Shown: positions 9,022-18,787, numbered from the stretch's first letter. The stretch is 42,087 nucleotides of DNA from a virus (IMGVR_UViG_2565956712_000007), one strand, 5' to 3'. Notes: generated by a model not told the origin, from the letters alone. Translations and numbers: made by a program.

Positions 9022-9041
9022 AAGCACATTAGGAGTTTGTC

Positions 9042-9482
9042 TTGAAGTTTAACATTAGAATATCTAATAGTTTTCTAAATGGGGAAAGCAACACCCCTTT
9101 CGCTGTAGACGGACCTTTCCTTACTGACGATGAAATAAAAATCATACAAAGGTTTTTAGAAGATGTTGCCAATGGAAGGGCGCTTGTTGGAAAAAACAAG
9201 CCATCGTGGGTTAATGATAACCATGATAAAATTCCCGGCTCAGACAATTATGAGCAAGAGAATTATTGGCATTATCATTGTGGGCCAACATGGTATCCAA
9301 ACACATTTAAGAATTATACCATTAACTTAAATTTCAACCCTGGCGGAATGCATTCTAATGAATGCATTCATTATGCAAAAAATGATAATGAAATTGTCGT
9401 TGTTGGATTTTCAAGAGAACACATACCTTTCCTTTCATCAGATGGAAACGACAATCCGCTTTTTTATGATGAAGAAGAATAG
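9042..9482 (+). CDS. AT-rich hypothetical protein (146 aa, TTG start); moron, function unknown
   Basis: AGGAG RBS 6 nt before TTG; visibly AT-rich versus flanks; strong terminator after stop. Confidence 0.5.
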   Translation: MKFNIRISNSFLNGESNTPFAVDGPFLTDDEIKIIQRFLEDVANGRALVGKNKPSWVNDNHDKIPGSDNYEQENYWHYHCGPTWYPNTFKNYTINLNFNPGGMHSNECIHYAKNDNEIVVVGFSREHIPFLSSDGNDNPLFYDEEE

Positions 9483-9502
9483 CCCGCGGCGCGGGCTTTT
9501 TT
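9482..9502 (+). terminator. Intrinsic terminator GCCCGC-GGC-GCGGGC + T6
   Basis: Perfect GC stem then TTTTTT. Confidence 0.8.
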
Positions 9503-9540
9503 GTGTCTGCGGATTCCCACCCAGGCGGCGGTGGCATTCG

Positions 9541-9566
9541 TTAAAAACAAGGCCGCGAAAGCGGCC
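9541..9566 (-). terminator. Intrinsic terminator downstream of ant2
   Basis: GGCCGC-GAAA-GCGGCC hairpin followed by a U-run on the minus strand. Confidence 0.7.
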
Positions 9567-9567
9567 T

Positions 9568-9579
9568 GTGACATGTCAC
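9568..9579. repeat. 12-bp perfect palindrome GTGACATGTCAC (copy 1)
   Basis: Exact 12-mer, adjacent to the terminator hairpin. Confidence 0.9.
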
Positions 9580-9617
9580 GATAGTTCAGTTTTGCACATC
9601 CCTGTGCCGCCGTTCTG

Positions 9618-9851
9618 TCAGAAGAACCCTGCCTTGTCGTTGATGTACTCCGCGTGCGTCTGGATATCACGCAGGCATTTGCTCACACCAACGATGTAGC
9701 AGAACATGGTTGTCAGCTCCGCCGCCGCGCCCGATACATCATGCCCGTCTTCCTGTAACTGGTTCAGCAGATTCATCAGCAGTGAGTGCTCCGTCAGGCC
9801 GAGAACACCAGACGGAGAATGAATCAGGCTGCGGTAGCCGGGCTTCAGCGG
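9618..9851 (-). repeat. Inverted repeat arm B (234 bp)
   Basis: Encodes C-terminal 77 aa of Ant2; reverse complement matches 8522..8755. Confidence 0.85.
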
Positions 9852-10556
9852 ATAACCATAACATTTTGTCTGTGTTTTAATTGCCTCACGAAGCGCATCT
9901 AACATCTTGACTGCCACTTCATCATTCTCTGATGCAGATCCAGCAGGGAGATACTCCCCTTCAAGCGGAACCCGAGCAACAAGAGACAACGCTTCGGCGA
10001 ATTGATCTTCATCAATTTCTTTGTACGAACAGCCAAAATGAGATTTCAGTGACGACCACATGGTGATCATCGCCTTAGCCTGTTTTTCTTTTGGCAGAGA
10101 CTGACCGCGACTCATGACGAGTTGTTTAATGGCTTCCTGCTGTTCAGTGGTGATTTTACCCGGCAACGCCTTTTTAGCTTTGCGTGGGTTAACTACATGG
10201 CCTTTAGTCCAGTAATCGTAGAGCACATCGTCACACTCTTCCTGATACTGGATTACCTTGTCGCGGATTTCAGGGCGTACTTTGTTTGGACTGATGCTGT
10301 TCAACCAAGCTGCCAATTTTCGTAAAGCCATACAAATCATGGCTTGCACCCCACCGGCAGAAGGTATGGTGATTTCCACCATACCCTTCGAGAAGCGTTG
10401 AGAAATCTTCTTATGTTGAGATTTCCAGTCTAGCCCCATTCCCTCAACGATAGGTTTCATTGGGGTATACGGTTCACCGTTGTGATTGACAACATAAAGC
10501 TCTGCGCCGTGGAATGGCACGTTGATAGTAGATACCGCTGTTGCTATACTCGTCAT
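9618..10556 (-). CDS. Antirepressor, P22 Ant-type N-terminal domain (Ant2)
   Basis: N-terminus VPFHGAELYVVNHNGEPYTPMKPIVEGMGLDW; downstream of arc-like gene as in P22 immI. Confidence 0.8.
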   Translation of the reverse strand: MTSIATAVSTINVPFHGAELYVVNHNGEPYTPMKPIVEGMGLDWKSQHKKISQRFSKGMVEITIPSAGGVQAMICMALRKLAAWLNSISPNKVRPEIRDKVIQYQEECDDVLYDYWTKGHVVNPRKAKKALPGKITTEQQEAIKQLVMSRGQSLPKEKQAKAMITMWSSLKSHFGCSYKEIDEDQFAEALSLVARVPLEGEYLPAGSASENDEVAVKMLDALREAIKTQTKCYGYPLKPGYRSLIHSPSGVLGLTEHSLLMNLLNQLQEDGHDVSGAAAELTTMFCYIVGVSKCLRDIQTHAEYINDKAGFF

Positions 10557-10628
10557 GTCGTTAATTCCTATACGTAGTTTTACGATACTGAAGCCCTGAC
10601 GGTCTGGCCACCGTTGGGCTTCGCTGTT

Positions 10629-10796
10629 TTATGCCACGCTATTCTTCTCACCAGTGAGTCCATACACTTTCCTCAGCTGATAGATAATCTCTGTATTGAA
10701 CTTTCGGCATTCTTTTTCGCCATTTCTTTCAATAGCTAACTTCACATCGTCCGGAAAACGAACTCGTCGTTGACACATCTCTTTTGCTTTTTGCAT
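10629..10796 (-). CDS. Arc-like ribbon-helix-helix repressor (56 aa)
   Basis: RVRFPDDVKLAIERNGEK..FNTEIIYQL resembles P22 Arc; AAGGAG RBS 7 nt before the ATG at 10796. Confidence 0.7.
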   Translation of the reverse strand: MQKAKEMCQRRVRFPDDVKLAIERNGEKECRKFNTEIIYQLRKVYGLTGEKNSVA

Positions 10797-10810
10797 TTCA
10801 TATCTCCTTA

Positions 10811-10825
10811 GCCCCACGGTGGGGC
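10811..10825. promoter_or_regulatory. 15-bp palindrome GCCCCAC-G-GTGGGGC, candidate Arc/Mnt operator
   Basis: Perfect 7-bp arms; between divergent arc-like and mnt-like genes, beside a TTGACA hexamer on the minus strand. Confidence 0.5.
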
Positions 10826-10916
10826 AAAACAATTGTCACACCGTGCGTCATTGATGTCAAGCACACGGTGAGGCATACTTCAATCATTGCAAGTAACTCA
10901 ATATTTGGTGAAGAAC

Positions 10917-11348
10917 ATGAGCAGAGAAGATCCACAACTAAGGATCAGACTTCCCGTTGAAGTAAAAGAAAAAATAGAAATTTCTGCAAAAGCCAATAAG
11001 CGATCAATGAACGCTGAAATAGTACAACGTCTTGACACCAGCTTTCTGAAAGATATTCATGAAGATGACGTAATTTCTGCTTATGAAGCAAAAATTATTG
11101 CAAACAATGCACGGCATGAAATATCAAATATTATTTTCAAAAGAACCTTTAATGAAATTAATAAGAAAATAACACTTGGACATACAAGTTTTTATATAAA
11201 CCTTAATGACCTTGAACTGGAATCACTTGCAGATAATGATTACCAGATCATCTTTGAAAAAACATTTAATAAGCTCAATGAACTAGGTTACATCATCTGT
11301 GAAAACTCATGGGATGCAGATGGTTTTGGAATTGAAATACCTGAATAG
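10917..11348 (+). CDS. Mnt-like RHH repressor fused to an AT-rich C-terminal extension
   Basis: N-terminus DPQLRIRLPVEVKEKIEISAKANKRSMNAEIVQRL matches P22 Mnt; about 60 aa longer than Mnt. Confidence 0.65.
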   Translation: MSREDPQLRIRLPVEVKEKIEISAKANKRSMNAEIVQRLDTSFLKDIHEDDVISAYEAKIIANNARHEISNIIFKRTFNEINKKITLGHTSFYINLNDLELESLADNDYQIIFEKTFNKLNELGYIICENSWDADGFGIEIPE

Positions 11349-11390
11349 GAAGAACAAAAGGCGTGTACATATTACACGTCTTTAATACAA

Positions 11391-12002
11391 TTGAAAAACG
11401 CCACATTACTGATGTATGTTACAACAAGGAGCGATATTTTGAAAACCATATCTATATTAAAGGTTGCATTAGGCGTCGCTATTATTTTGACTCTCTCAAT
11501 ATTGTTTTATTTTTACCACAAAAAAAATGCTATTGCTCTTGATGGTCACGCGGCAAACTCATTTTTCTCAGAGTACATAGTGCCGCTATCAGGAAGCGGT
11601 ATAACAAATAAATATACTGACTATGACATCAAATATGGAATTGATGATGGGGAGACTATTGTATTACATGTAATCATTAAAAACCTAATGACAGTAAATA
11701 AAAATACAGACTTCAACGATAAAAATACAATACATCACAACAACAGCAAAACATTAATTTCTTATAGTAGCAACATCTATACGGATAAATACCTAAAATA
11801 CATCTCAGAAGATACAATAAAAGCAACCAGCGAAAAGTTAAAAAACATATATTGTGCATCCGGCAGTTTTCACAAATTATCGCCGCAGGAGCGTTTATTC
11901 TACGAAGCAAGAAAACAACGTAAGTCAATAATATTACATTATTATGCTGATTCAGGGGAGTCACTCATATTTAATATTGGGGTTTCCCCTGAATCATGCT
12001 AA
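11391..12002 (+). CDS. AT-rich membrane-anchored hypothetical protein; candidate superinfection-exclusion moron
   Basis: N-terminal TM helix (ILKVALGVAIILTLSILFYFY); between ejection-protein gene and mnt-like gene; start uncertain. Confidence 0.45.
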   Translation: MKNATLLMYVTTRSDILKTISILKVALGVAIILTLSILFYFYHKKNAIALDGHAANSFFSEYIVPLSGSGITNKYTDYDIKYGIDDGETIVLHVIIKNLMTVNKNTDFNDKNTIHHNNSKTLISYSSNIYTDKYLKYISEDTIKATSEKLKNIYCASGSFHKLSPQERLFYEARKQRKSIILHYYADSGESLIFNIGVSPESC

Positions 12003-12013
12003 AGGCGTTTAAC

Positions 12014-15000
12014 TCACCGCATCACCGGATCCACCTGGTTTATTAGTGGCGCAATCCAGAACAGGTTATTGCCTGGTATCAGAGTTCGGACATTATGCGC
12101 AATACGATCACCGGCATCACCATTCAACACTCCTGCGGTCACATCAATGATGCTATCCGCAAGACCAAATGACGGTCCGAATAGAGATCCTACGAATCCA
12201 CGACTGGCATACCTAGACTGTGTGCCAGTGCCAAATAAAGCCCCCAGCCCAACAGCACCACCAGTAGCCTTTTCAGCCATGTTGTTATATTCTATCAATG
12301 GCCCAAGAATACCGGATCTATCTATACCCTCAAGCACCAGCTTCTCTGGTGACCAGTCAACATTTTTCCCTTTCGATGCTTCTTTTAGCGCATAGACCAG
12401 TGAGCCAAGAGCAATCTGAAATGCAGTGCCATAATAAAATTGCGCAGTTCCTTCCTGTAACCCACCAAGTAGCGCACGGTTGTATGAAGCCGTTGTGAAT
12501 GATTTAAACTGAAATATCGTTCGCCCCATTGGAGTACTCGCCCATAAAGGTGTGTCACCAATACCGGGGGTGATGATAGTGTTATTAACGTCTTTCAGAA
12601 CCGCTGACTGGAATACTCCGGCAACGTACTGATCGTCCCATTTATCAAAGTTACCAATGTGCCATCCATCAATTACCTCACCATGTTTCTCGAACTCACT
12701 GCGAATACGCGCAGCCATATTGTCGTTGATACCGAGTTTTGCCATGCGACGTGCAGAAAACGCACCGGACAAAATACCGTCTGACGTGAGCATTCCGTTC
12801 ATGGATTTGTTTATGTCATTAAATCGATCCATGAGTGTCAGCTTGCCGAAGGCATCAGTAATTCGCTCCATTCCTGCTTCGACTGCTGTTGTCCTGGAAG
12901 AACTGTCAACAAGATCACCAATTGCACGAGAACGTGAATGTAGTACAGCTTCCAATCCAATCCCCATCTTCAACATATCTTCTTTGCTGGCCTTAAATGC
13001 CGGTGATTGGGATATCTGAGAAGCATAGCCTTTCATGGTGTTACGGAAACCATTAACCATAACCCCTCTGGCCAGATCTGGAATAGCTGATACTGTCATT
13101 CCACCGAGTTTGGTCGTGAAGTTCACATCCCGCAGAAAAGCGCCAGCACGAACAAAAAACGAAGACGGATCATCAGGCATCCCATATGTACCAACAAGAC
13201 GATCGCGTAATGCTGTTATGTCTCTGAGATCATTTGCTCTTGATTTTGAAAGTCTGGACTGTTCTTTCCGTAATTCCTTTTCGTACTTTCGCATTAATGA
13301 ATCGAGTTTACCCTGAGGAACAACTTCACCATTGCTCTCATAACGTGCTTTCAGATTTGCCACACTTTCGTCATATTTCGCCTTTATTTTTTCAGGCACT
13401 TCCCGTAACAGACTGTCATATTCGTCCTCAATTAATTGCAGACGCTCAGTCATAGTTCGTTTGCCAAATGTTCTCGTCAACTCAATTTCTGCTGCCGCTT
13501 CACGGATATGACGTTGCAGCACGTAATTCACATCACTTTCAAGATAATCCCTGATAAGACTATCAGGAACATTTAATGTTCTTTCTTTCGTACTACCTGC
13601 GGCTTTTACAGAAAATACGCTGACAAAATCCTGTGGAACCTTAGCACCAGTAATTTTATTAATTACGATATCCGCTGCAATTTCAGCATCCTCAGGATCC
13701 AGTGTTTTATTTCCTCTCGACCACCAGTCAACCAAAATACGTCGAAATTTATCGCGTTCACTGATTATTTTTCCAACTTTATATATGCGTGGGAAATAGC
13801 TTGCCTGGCCTAATGCTTTCAGTTCTTCATCTGGCGGCAATAAACCAAGCTTTTGCATTTCAACTTTCACCCGATTTAATACAGTTCGCATCGCCTGCGC
13901 CGTTTCCTGAACAACAGGATTAGCATGCACATCACCGCTTCGCATAGCATTCCCAACCTGCTGACGAAATGAATCAAAACTCATGTCACCACCATCAGCT
14001 TTATACTTTGCGTATGCCTGTTTATTTCCGACAACAACAGCAGCTTCTTCACGCTGCCATCCACGTGTACGGGTTTCTACAGCTACCGGTGTTTCAATCC
14101 CCCTTTCATTTCCTTTAAGGGTGAAATTATTTTCGGCTAACTCCAGCGTTGTTTTTCGCACCGTCTTGGACGGAGACTCCATTAACCTTGTCAAAGGAGT
14201 AAGATAGCTCCCTGCTTTCCATGCAGCCTTTCCAACCCACCCACCGGAAACAGGGGTTAAATCATCCAGAGTCGCTGTATCAATTTTCATAGCACCAACA
14301 CTACCACCATCGGAAAGCGAAGCGGCAGCCCTGTCAGTCACTGATGTAATGCTCATATTATCAAGAGCATCAGCAACCTCACGTGTGGCTGCAGCCCGGA
14401 CGGATGGCGAAAGCGCAACACCAGCACTGGCAAACACGCCGCTCATCATCGCACCCGCTGCAACGTGAGCGGCACTTTCACCCCATGAGCGTGTTATTTG
14501 CTGATTATTCAGTACAACCTCGCTTAATGCTGTACCGGCAGCACCAATCGCAATCTGTGAGCCAATACGCGCCAGTGCCCCTCCTTGAGCACCGGGAATA
14601 AACATTGACGCAACAGTAACCGGATCCATTCCCGCAGCAATACTGGCAAGGGTTCCAACTACGCCAGCATCAGACAATAAACGTCTGTCTTCATTTTCAT
14701 CATCTATCTGCTGCTTAATCCACGCCGTTTCCTCTGGCGATCGGGAATCTGCAAATTTCGCCCCCCAGTATTCATAACCGTGCAACTCATTTTTATCAGC
14801 ATATGGGTTATAACCCTCGACCGGTTCAAACTGTCTGGCTGGGCGGAAAAAACCAGACAGAATATTGTTCTGTCGCATTGCAGCCCCCCATACGGAAGGC
14901 TCAGGTGGCAATGGCTCAGGATTAGCCCCTTCCGGAAGGGCAACATCAAACCCAGTTTGTTCCGGCAAAACATTACCTGACGGGATCAGTCCGTTATTAA

Positions 15001-15028
15001 GATCTTCAGCTTGTGCATAAACTGGCAT
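12014..15028 (-). CDS. Large internal virion / ejection protein (1004 aa)
   Basis: Long late-operon ORF after the other internal core proteins; Gly/Ala-rich segments. Confidence 0.7.
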   Translation of the reverse strand: MPVYAQAEDLNNGLIPSGNVLPEQTGFDVALPEGANPEPLPPEPSVWGAAMRQNNILSGFFRPARQFEPVEGYNPYADKNELHGYEYWGAKFADSRSPEETAWIKQQIDDENEDRRLLSDAGVVGTLASIAAGMDPVTVASMFIPGAQGGALARIGSQIAIGAAGTALSEVVLNNQQITRSWGESAAHVAAGAMMSGVFASAGVALSPSVRAAATREVADALDNMSITSVTDRAAASLSDGGSVGAMKIDTATLDDLTPVSGGWVGKAAWKAGSYLTPLTRLMESPSKTVRKTTLELAENNFTLKGNERGIETPVAVETRTRGWQREEAAVVVGNKQAYAKYKADGGDMSFDSFRQQVGNAMRSGDVHANPVVQETAQAMRTVLNRVKVEMQKLGLLPPDEELKALGQASYFPRIYKVGKIISERDKFRRILVDWWSRGNKTLDPEDAEIAADIVINKITGAKVPQDFVSVFSVKAAGSTKERTLNVPDSLIRDYLESDVNYVLQRHIREAAAEIELTRTFGKRTMTERLQLIEDEYDSLLREVPEKIKAKYDESVANLKARYESNGEVVPQGKLDSLMRKYEKELRKEQSRLSKSRANDLRDITALRDRLVGTYGMPDDPSSFFVRAGAFLRDVNFTTKLGGMTVSAIPDLARGVMVNGFRNTMKGYASQISQSPAFKASKEDMLKMGIGLEAVLHSRSRAIGDLVDSSSRTTAVEAGMERITDAFGKLTLMDRFNDINKSMNGMLTSDGILSGAFSARRMAKLGINDNMAARIRSEFEKHGEVIDGWHIGNFDKWDDQYVAGVFQSAVLKDVNNTIITPGIGDTPLWASTPMGRTIFQFKSFTTASYNRALLGGLQEGTAQFYYGTAFQIALGSLVYALKEASKGKNVDWSPEKLVLEGIDRSGILGPLIEYNNMAEKATGGAVGLGALFGTGTQSRYASRGFVGSLFGPSFGLADSIIDVTAGVLNGDAGDRIAHNVRTLIPGNNLFWIAPLINQVDPVMR

Positions 15029-17745
15029 TATTTAGATCCCCACGAAAAGTAATCTTTAAATTTGTCCATACGTTCGTTATGCAGGCGCTGATACTGCTCA
15101 TCCAGAGCGCGATGCTTGTCTTTGAAGTTTCGTATAGCCTGTCCACGCATAATTTCTTCCTGCTCGTACTGCTCCCGTTCCTGCTGCATTTTCTTATAAG
15201 GTTCCCAATCTTCTAGTGATGGTTCCCAACGCATAGGACGCCCATGTTTGTTATAAAACGGCTGGACCCGATCGATGCCATTTTCATCCTTAGTTCTTAC
15301 CATAATGGCGTAATCACCATTACGGGGTGTTAACACGTCAGGGGTTATGAATAATTCTCCATTAATACGACTCTCAGGGGTTTTTGTCTCAACTACAGGA
15401 GCATTACCTGACGTGATCCCAAGCAACGTCGGACTGGTTGTTATAATCTCTTTGCGCTCACCGTACATCAGCCGTTCTTTTTCAGCTTTCCACTGCGCCG
15501 CCTGCCAGCCTGACGGCCCATATTGATAAAGCGCCTCCGGTGCATATTTCATAAACTGCGCTTCTCCGTTAACCTCGCTGATACTCCAAGTGCGGGCTAT
15601 CTGCTGGTTGGTCATTTGCTTCGCTACGTCAGCGTTACCACCAGCAACGCGGTAGTTAATGTCATACATCGTCTGATAGTCATTACGGAATCTAGCTGCT
15701 TCCGGCGTCTGGTCATCCGCAGACGGATCCCAACGGAACCACTGCGCCATATTGCTGACAGCAGAATTCATCGCCTTGCTGCGATCATTTTTGTACTCTT
15801 TTGAACTCTGCGTTGATGCCAATTGAGCTTTAAGTGCATCGGTCTGGTTGTACGTAAGGTTCTGCGCCTGCTCGATAGCCGCATCAGCAGACATGCCAGA
15901 ATCAGTTAGTTGCTTAACAGTCAGATAAAAACCCTGCATATCCTTCGGCATATTTCCAATAGATGCATTGTCTGTTTCATATAACCGACTAAACAGTTCC
16001 GCCGCATTTTTAACCACTTCCTGATTGCTGGATCGGGATACTGCTGAAAGCTGCGTGATGACCTGCGAAGGCATTATGCCAGTCTGAGCCACAAGCCGAA
16101 CAACCCCATCATGAGTGGAGACATCATTAATACGAAAGTTCTGCGCCATTTCTGTGTAATCAGCAGCTTTCTGCATTGACTTGTTGCTTGGGTCTAATTT
16201 TTCACCTATTGTCAGCGCCTCATTGAATCTGCGTGAATCCCGTTGCGCCTGAATTGCTTCATTTGATCTCTGAAGCAATGCAGACAATTTTCCGTAAGCA
16301 TCGAGTTTTAACGCATAGTGAGGATCGTTAACCTCAGGCTTCACTTTCTGCATTTCTTCTTGCTGCTGAGAAGGAGGCAAATACTGAATTGCCTGGAATA
16401 TTCTCGCGTTATCAATCGCTATATCCAGTTGATTGATTATTTTATCTGCGTTTTTTCCATACCCCCTGATGATGGTCTCCTGAGCCGGTATATAATCTGG
16501 AACCTCACCGTTATATAGCTGGGCCATGGTGTTATTAATAGCTGGCTCAAGCTGTTCTAATATTAACTTCCTTTGCTTTTCTATCTGACTATTAGCAAGG
16601 TTATCTATTTGATAAATAGTCAGTGGATCCATTCCAGTTTTATTTTTTCTATATCGGGAAAGCCACCCTTGTGTTTCTGATGGAAGATTTCGGATAAATT
16701 CTTCTTCTGATATTTCACCTTTACGTGGATCACCGACTTTGGCGATCAGTTTATCCACGTTACCCATCCCCCAGTTATATGCTGCTCCGGTCAATATTTC
16801 TGAGCCGTACTTACCATACAGTTGATTTACATAGTCACTGGCAAGCATTTCATGCTGTTGTTCGTCCGTAGGGTTGTATTCAACGCCACGTTTGGCCGCC
16901 AGTTCTTTCCCTGTGCCCGGCATTAACTGGTATTTCCCCTGGGCCCTCTCTCCAGAAGATGTTTTCGGTCCTTCAAGAATACTACCATCAGGATTAAAAT
17001 GACGATCACCTGATTCAACAAGGCGTATGGCACGCATGTCCATGCCTCCAGAATCATTTTTCTGAAACTGACCATTTAACCATCCTTCCGGATTAGCAGC
17101 GGCATAATTCTTCGCCCGCATTTCTGTGGCACTGCGATCATCACTTTCTATTTCTTCCAGAATGCGTTCTTGTGACCATCCCCTGGCTGCTCCATATCTG
17201 GCAATGGCTACCATTCTGGAATTTCTGGCTAAAGTGGCAGTTTGCGGGTCATTCCAGGCATCCGCTTCATTTTGTATCCATAATTTTCTCGTTGCCTGAT
17301 ATTGCTCATCTTCATAGGCATTTGTCTGCCCTATCTCATGTCTGAGAACTCCAGTACTGAACTGAATTTTCTGTGTTCTGGCTTGTTGCAAAAACATATT
17401 TCTTGCTGCTTCATCAGTCAATGAAGCAGCTATTTCTTCCACATCCTGATCAAATCCAGATATGTACTCTTGCCCCTTACCAATCGCATTTTTGCCTTGT
17501 TGTGCATAAAAACCGGTTTGAGGGTTATAAAGACGTTCATTGCTGCGCTGATTAAGCTGAAGGATGGCATCCTGAGACAATGCAACATTCGCTTTCTGCC
17601 TGGCTTCACCATATGCCACCGCATACTGATCTGCGACATTCGCCAGCACCTGACCTGCTTGAGGAACATCGAAGGTTTGAAAACCACCGGTTTGCACACC
17701 ACGACTTTGCACCTGGCGTCCGGATGTAGTAGGAACAACAGGCAT
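15028..17745 (-). CDS. Internal virion protein with lytic transglycosylase domain (905 aa)
   Basis: SLT-like block RLVESGDRHFNPDG...AQGKYQLMPGTG...YNWGMGNV. Confidence 0.8.
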   Translation of the reverse strand: MPVVPTTSGRQVQSRGVQTGGFQTFDVPQAGQVLANVADQYAVAYGEARQKANVALSQDAILQLNQRSNERLYNPQTGFYAQQGKNAIGKGQEYISGFDQDVEEIAASLTDEAARNMFLQQARTQKIQFSTGVLRHEIGQTNAYEDEQYQATRKLWIQNEADAWNDPQTATLARNSRMVAIARYGAARGWSQERILEEIESDDRSATEMRAKNYAAANPEGWLNGQFQKNDSGGMDMRAIRLVESGDRHFNPDGSILEGPKTSSGERAQGKYQLMPGTGKELAAKRGVEYNPTDEQQHEMLASDYVNQLYGKYGSEILTGAAYNWGMGNVDKLIAKVGDPRKGEISEEEFIRNLPSETQGWLSRYRKNKTGMDPLTIYQIDNLANSQIEKQRKLILEQLEPAINNTMAQLYNGEVPDYIPAQETIIRGYGKNADKIINQLDIAIDNARIFQAIQYLPPSQQQEEMQKVKPEVNDPHYALKLDAYGKLSALLQRSNEAIQAQRDSRRFNEALTIGEKLDPSNKSMQKAADYTEMAQNFRINDVSTHDGVVRLVAQTGIMPSQVITQLSAVSRSSNQEVVKNAAELFSRLYETDNASIGNMPKDMQGFYLTVKQLTDSGMSADAAIEQAQNLTYNQTDALKAQLASTQSSKEYKNDRSKAMNSAVSNMAQWFRWDPSADDQTPEAARFRNDYQTMYDINYRVAGGNADVAKQMTNQQIARTWSISEVNGEAQFMKYAPEALYQYGPSGWQAAQWKAEKERLMYGERKEIITTSPTLLGITSGNAPVVETKTPESRINGELFITPDVLTPRNGDYAIMVRTKDENGIDRVQPFYNKHGRPMRWEPSLEDWEPYKKMQQEREQYEQEEIMRGQAIRNFKDKHRALDEQYQRLHNERMDKFKDYFSWGSK

Positions 17746-18323
17746 CAGTAACCTCCTATTTTGAATCGGGAGTCAGAATTCATAAAACCTGAGTTAGATA
17801 ACATTGGCGTCCCACCACTAGATGTACTTCCTTTAGAGAACGGGCTCCACGTTCCGCCGCCCATCTGGTATGCACCGTATGCTTTTAGTGGTGCCGTTAA
17901 CAAAGTGCTGGTCATCGATGATTTAGCAGCCGACTGAGCAGCAGCCCCCTGTGCCTGAGCATTCATTCCCTGAACCTGATACCCATATGCCTCACGCTGA
18001 GCATTATTCACTGTCGTTAACGCATCAAGAGTGCCGAACTGAGCATTATCCGCAAAAACGTCAAGAGCTGTTCCGCTACTTAATTCCGCACCGGTAGCCC
18101 CCATAGTAGCCGCCGCAGTGCCTGAGCGTTGACGCATTTCACGACGACGCTGATCCGCTTCAATATTCCCACGATTGATTGAATCCTGTGCCTGAGCTTC
18201 AGCAATTTCAGCATTCCGATCTGCTATGGCTGACTGGTATTTTGCCTGCTTGCTCTGGCTGTACATTGACGCTGCTGTGGATGCCACTGTGACGGCAACC
18301 AAAGCGATGGCTGGGTTACACAT
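17745..18323 (-). CDS. Internal virion protein (192 aa)
   Basis: Position and size; hydrophobic N-terminus, Ala/Gln-rich. Confidence 0.55.
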   Translation of the reverse strand: MCNPAIALVAVTVASTAASMYSQSKQAKYQSAIADRNAEIAEAQAQDSINRGNIEADQRRREMRQRSGTAAATMGATGAELSSGTALDVFADNAQFGTLDALTTVNNAQREAYGYQVQGMNAQAQGAAAQSAAKSSMTSTLLTAPLKAYGAYQMGGGTWSPFSKGSTSSGGTPMLSNSGFMNSDSRFKIGGY

Positions 18324-18787
18324 TATTTTCTCTCCATGTGAAATCTGTGGAAATTAAGACCAAGAGCACCATAAGGCGCGGCTTCTTCAAGCCTGAATCC
18401 AAGCCAGTGCAGCCATGCTTTGGCAACATGGTTTCGCTCGTCGACGTAGTTTTCCAGGCGCGGATAAACTGCCAGCATCTGCTGCAATACAGGTCGGCAG
18501 TGGCGAAGAAATGTCTTCTGATATTTTTCAATACGGCTGGTTCCGACCAGCCAGGGTGTACCATTGCCACCGATCATTGACGCCGGAGATACACCAAACA
18601 TGGTTACCAGTTCTCCGTTCGCGAACCCTGACCAGGCCATAGTCGCAGTGCGAAGACCAACACGCAGCGCATCTTCGGTAGTCATCAGCGATACCGCATA
18701 CAGTTCGTCAATATCAGCCTGACGAACATCCGGCAAAATCATCTGAAGATGCTCTTCGGTGGCGGGAATAATTCGAACATCGATCAT
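18323..18787 (-). CDS. Virion-associated protein (154 aa)
   Basis: Position in structural operon, overlapping stop/start with neighbours. Confidence 0.5.
   Translation of the reverse strand: MIDVRIIPATEEHLQMILPDVRQADIDELYAVSLMTTEDALRVGLRTATMAWSGFANGELVTMFGVSPASMIGGNGTPWLVGTSRIEKYQKTFLRHCRPVLQQMLAVYPRLENYVDERNHVAKAWLHWLGFRLEEAAPYGALGLNFHRFHMERK

Noticed and set aside
8827-9027. 66-aa minus-strand ORF in the cassette
   Set aside because: Plus-strand 55-aa ORF in the same place has a strong AAGGAGG RBS and operon context; the minus ORF has neither.
8522-9851. Site-specific invertible segment (Gin/Cin/Hin-type)
   Set aside because: No serine invertase gene or short crossover sites; the repeats are long coding sequences, so only homologous recombination is plausible.
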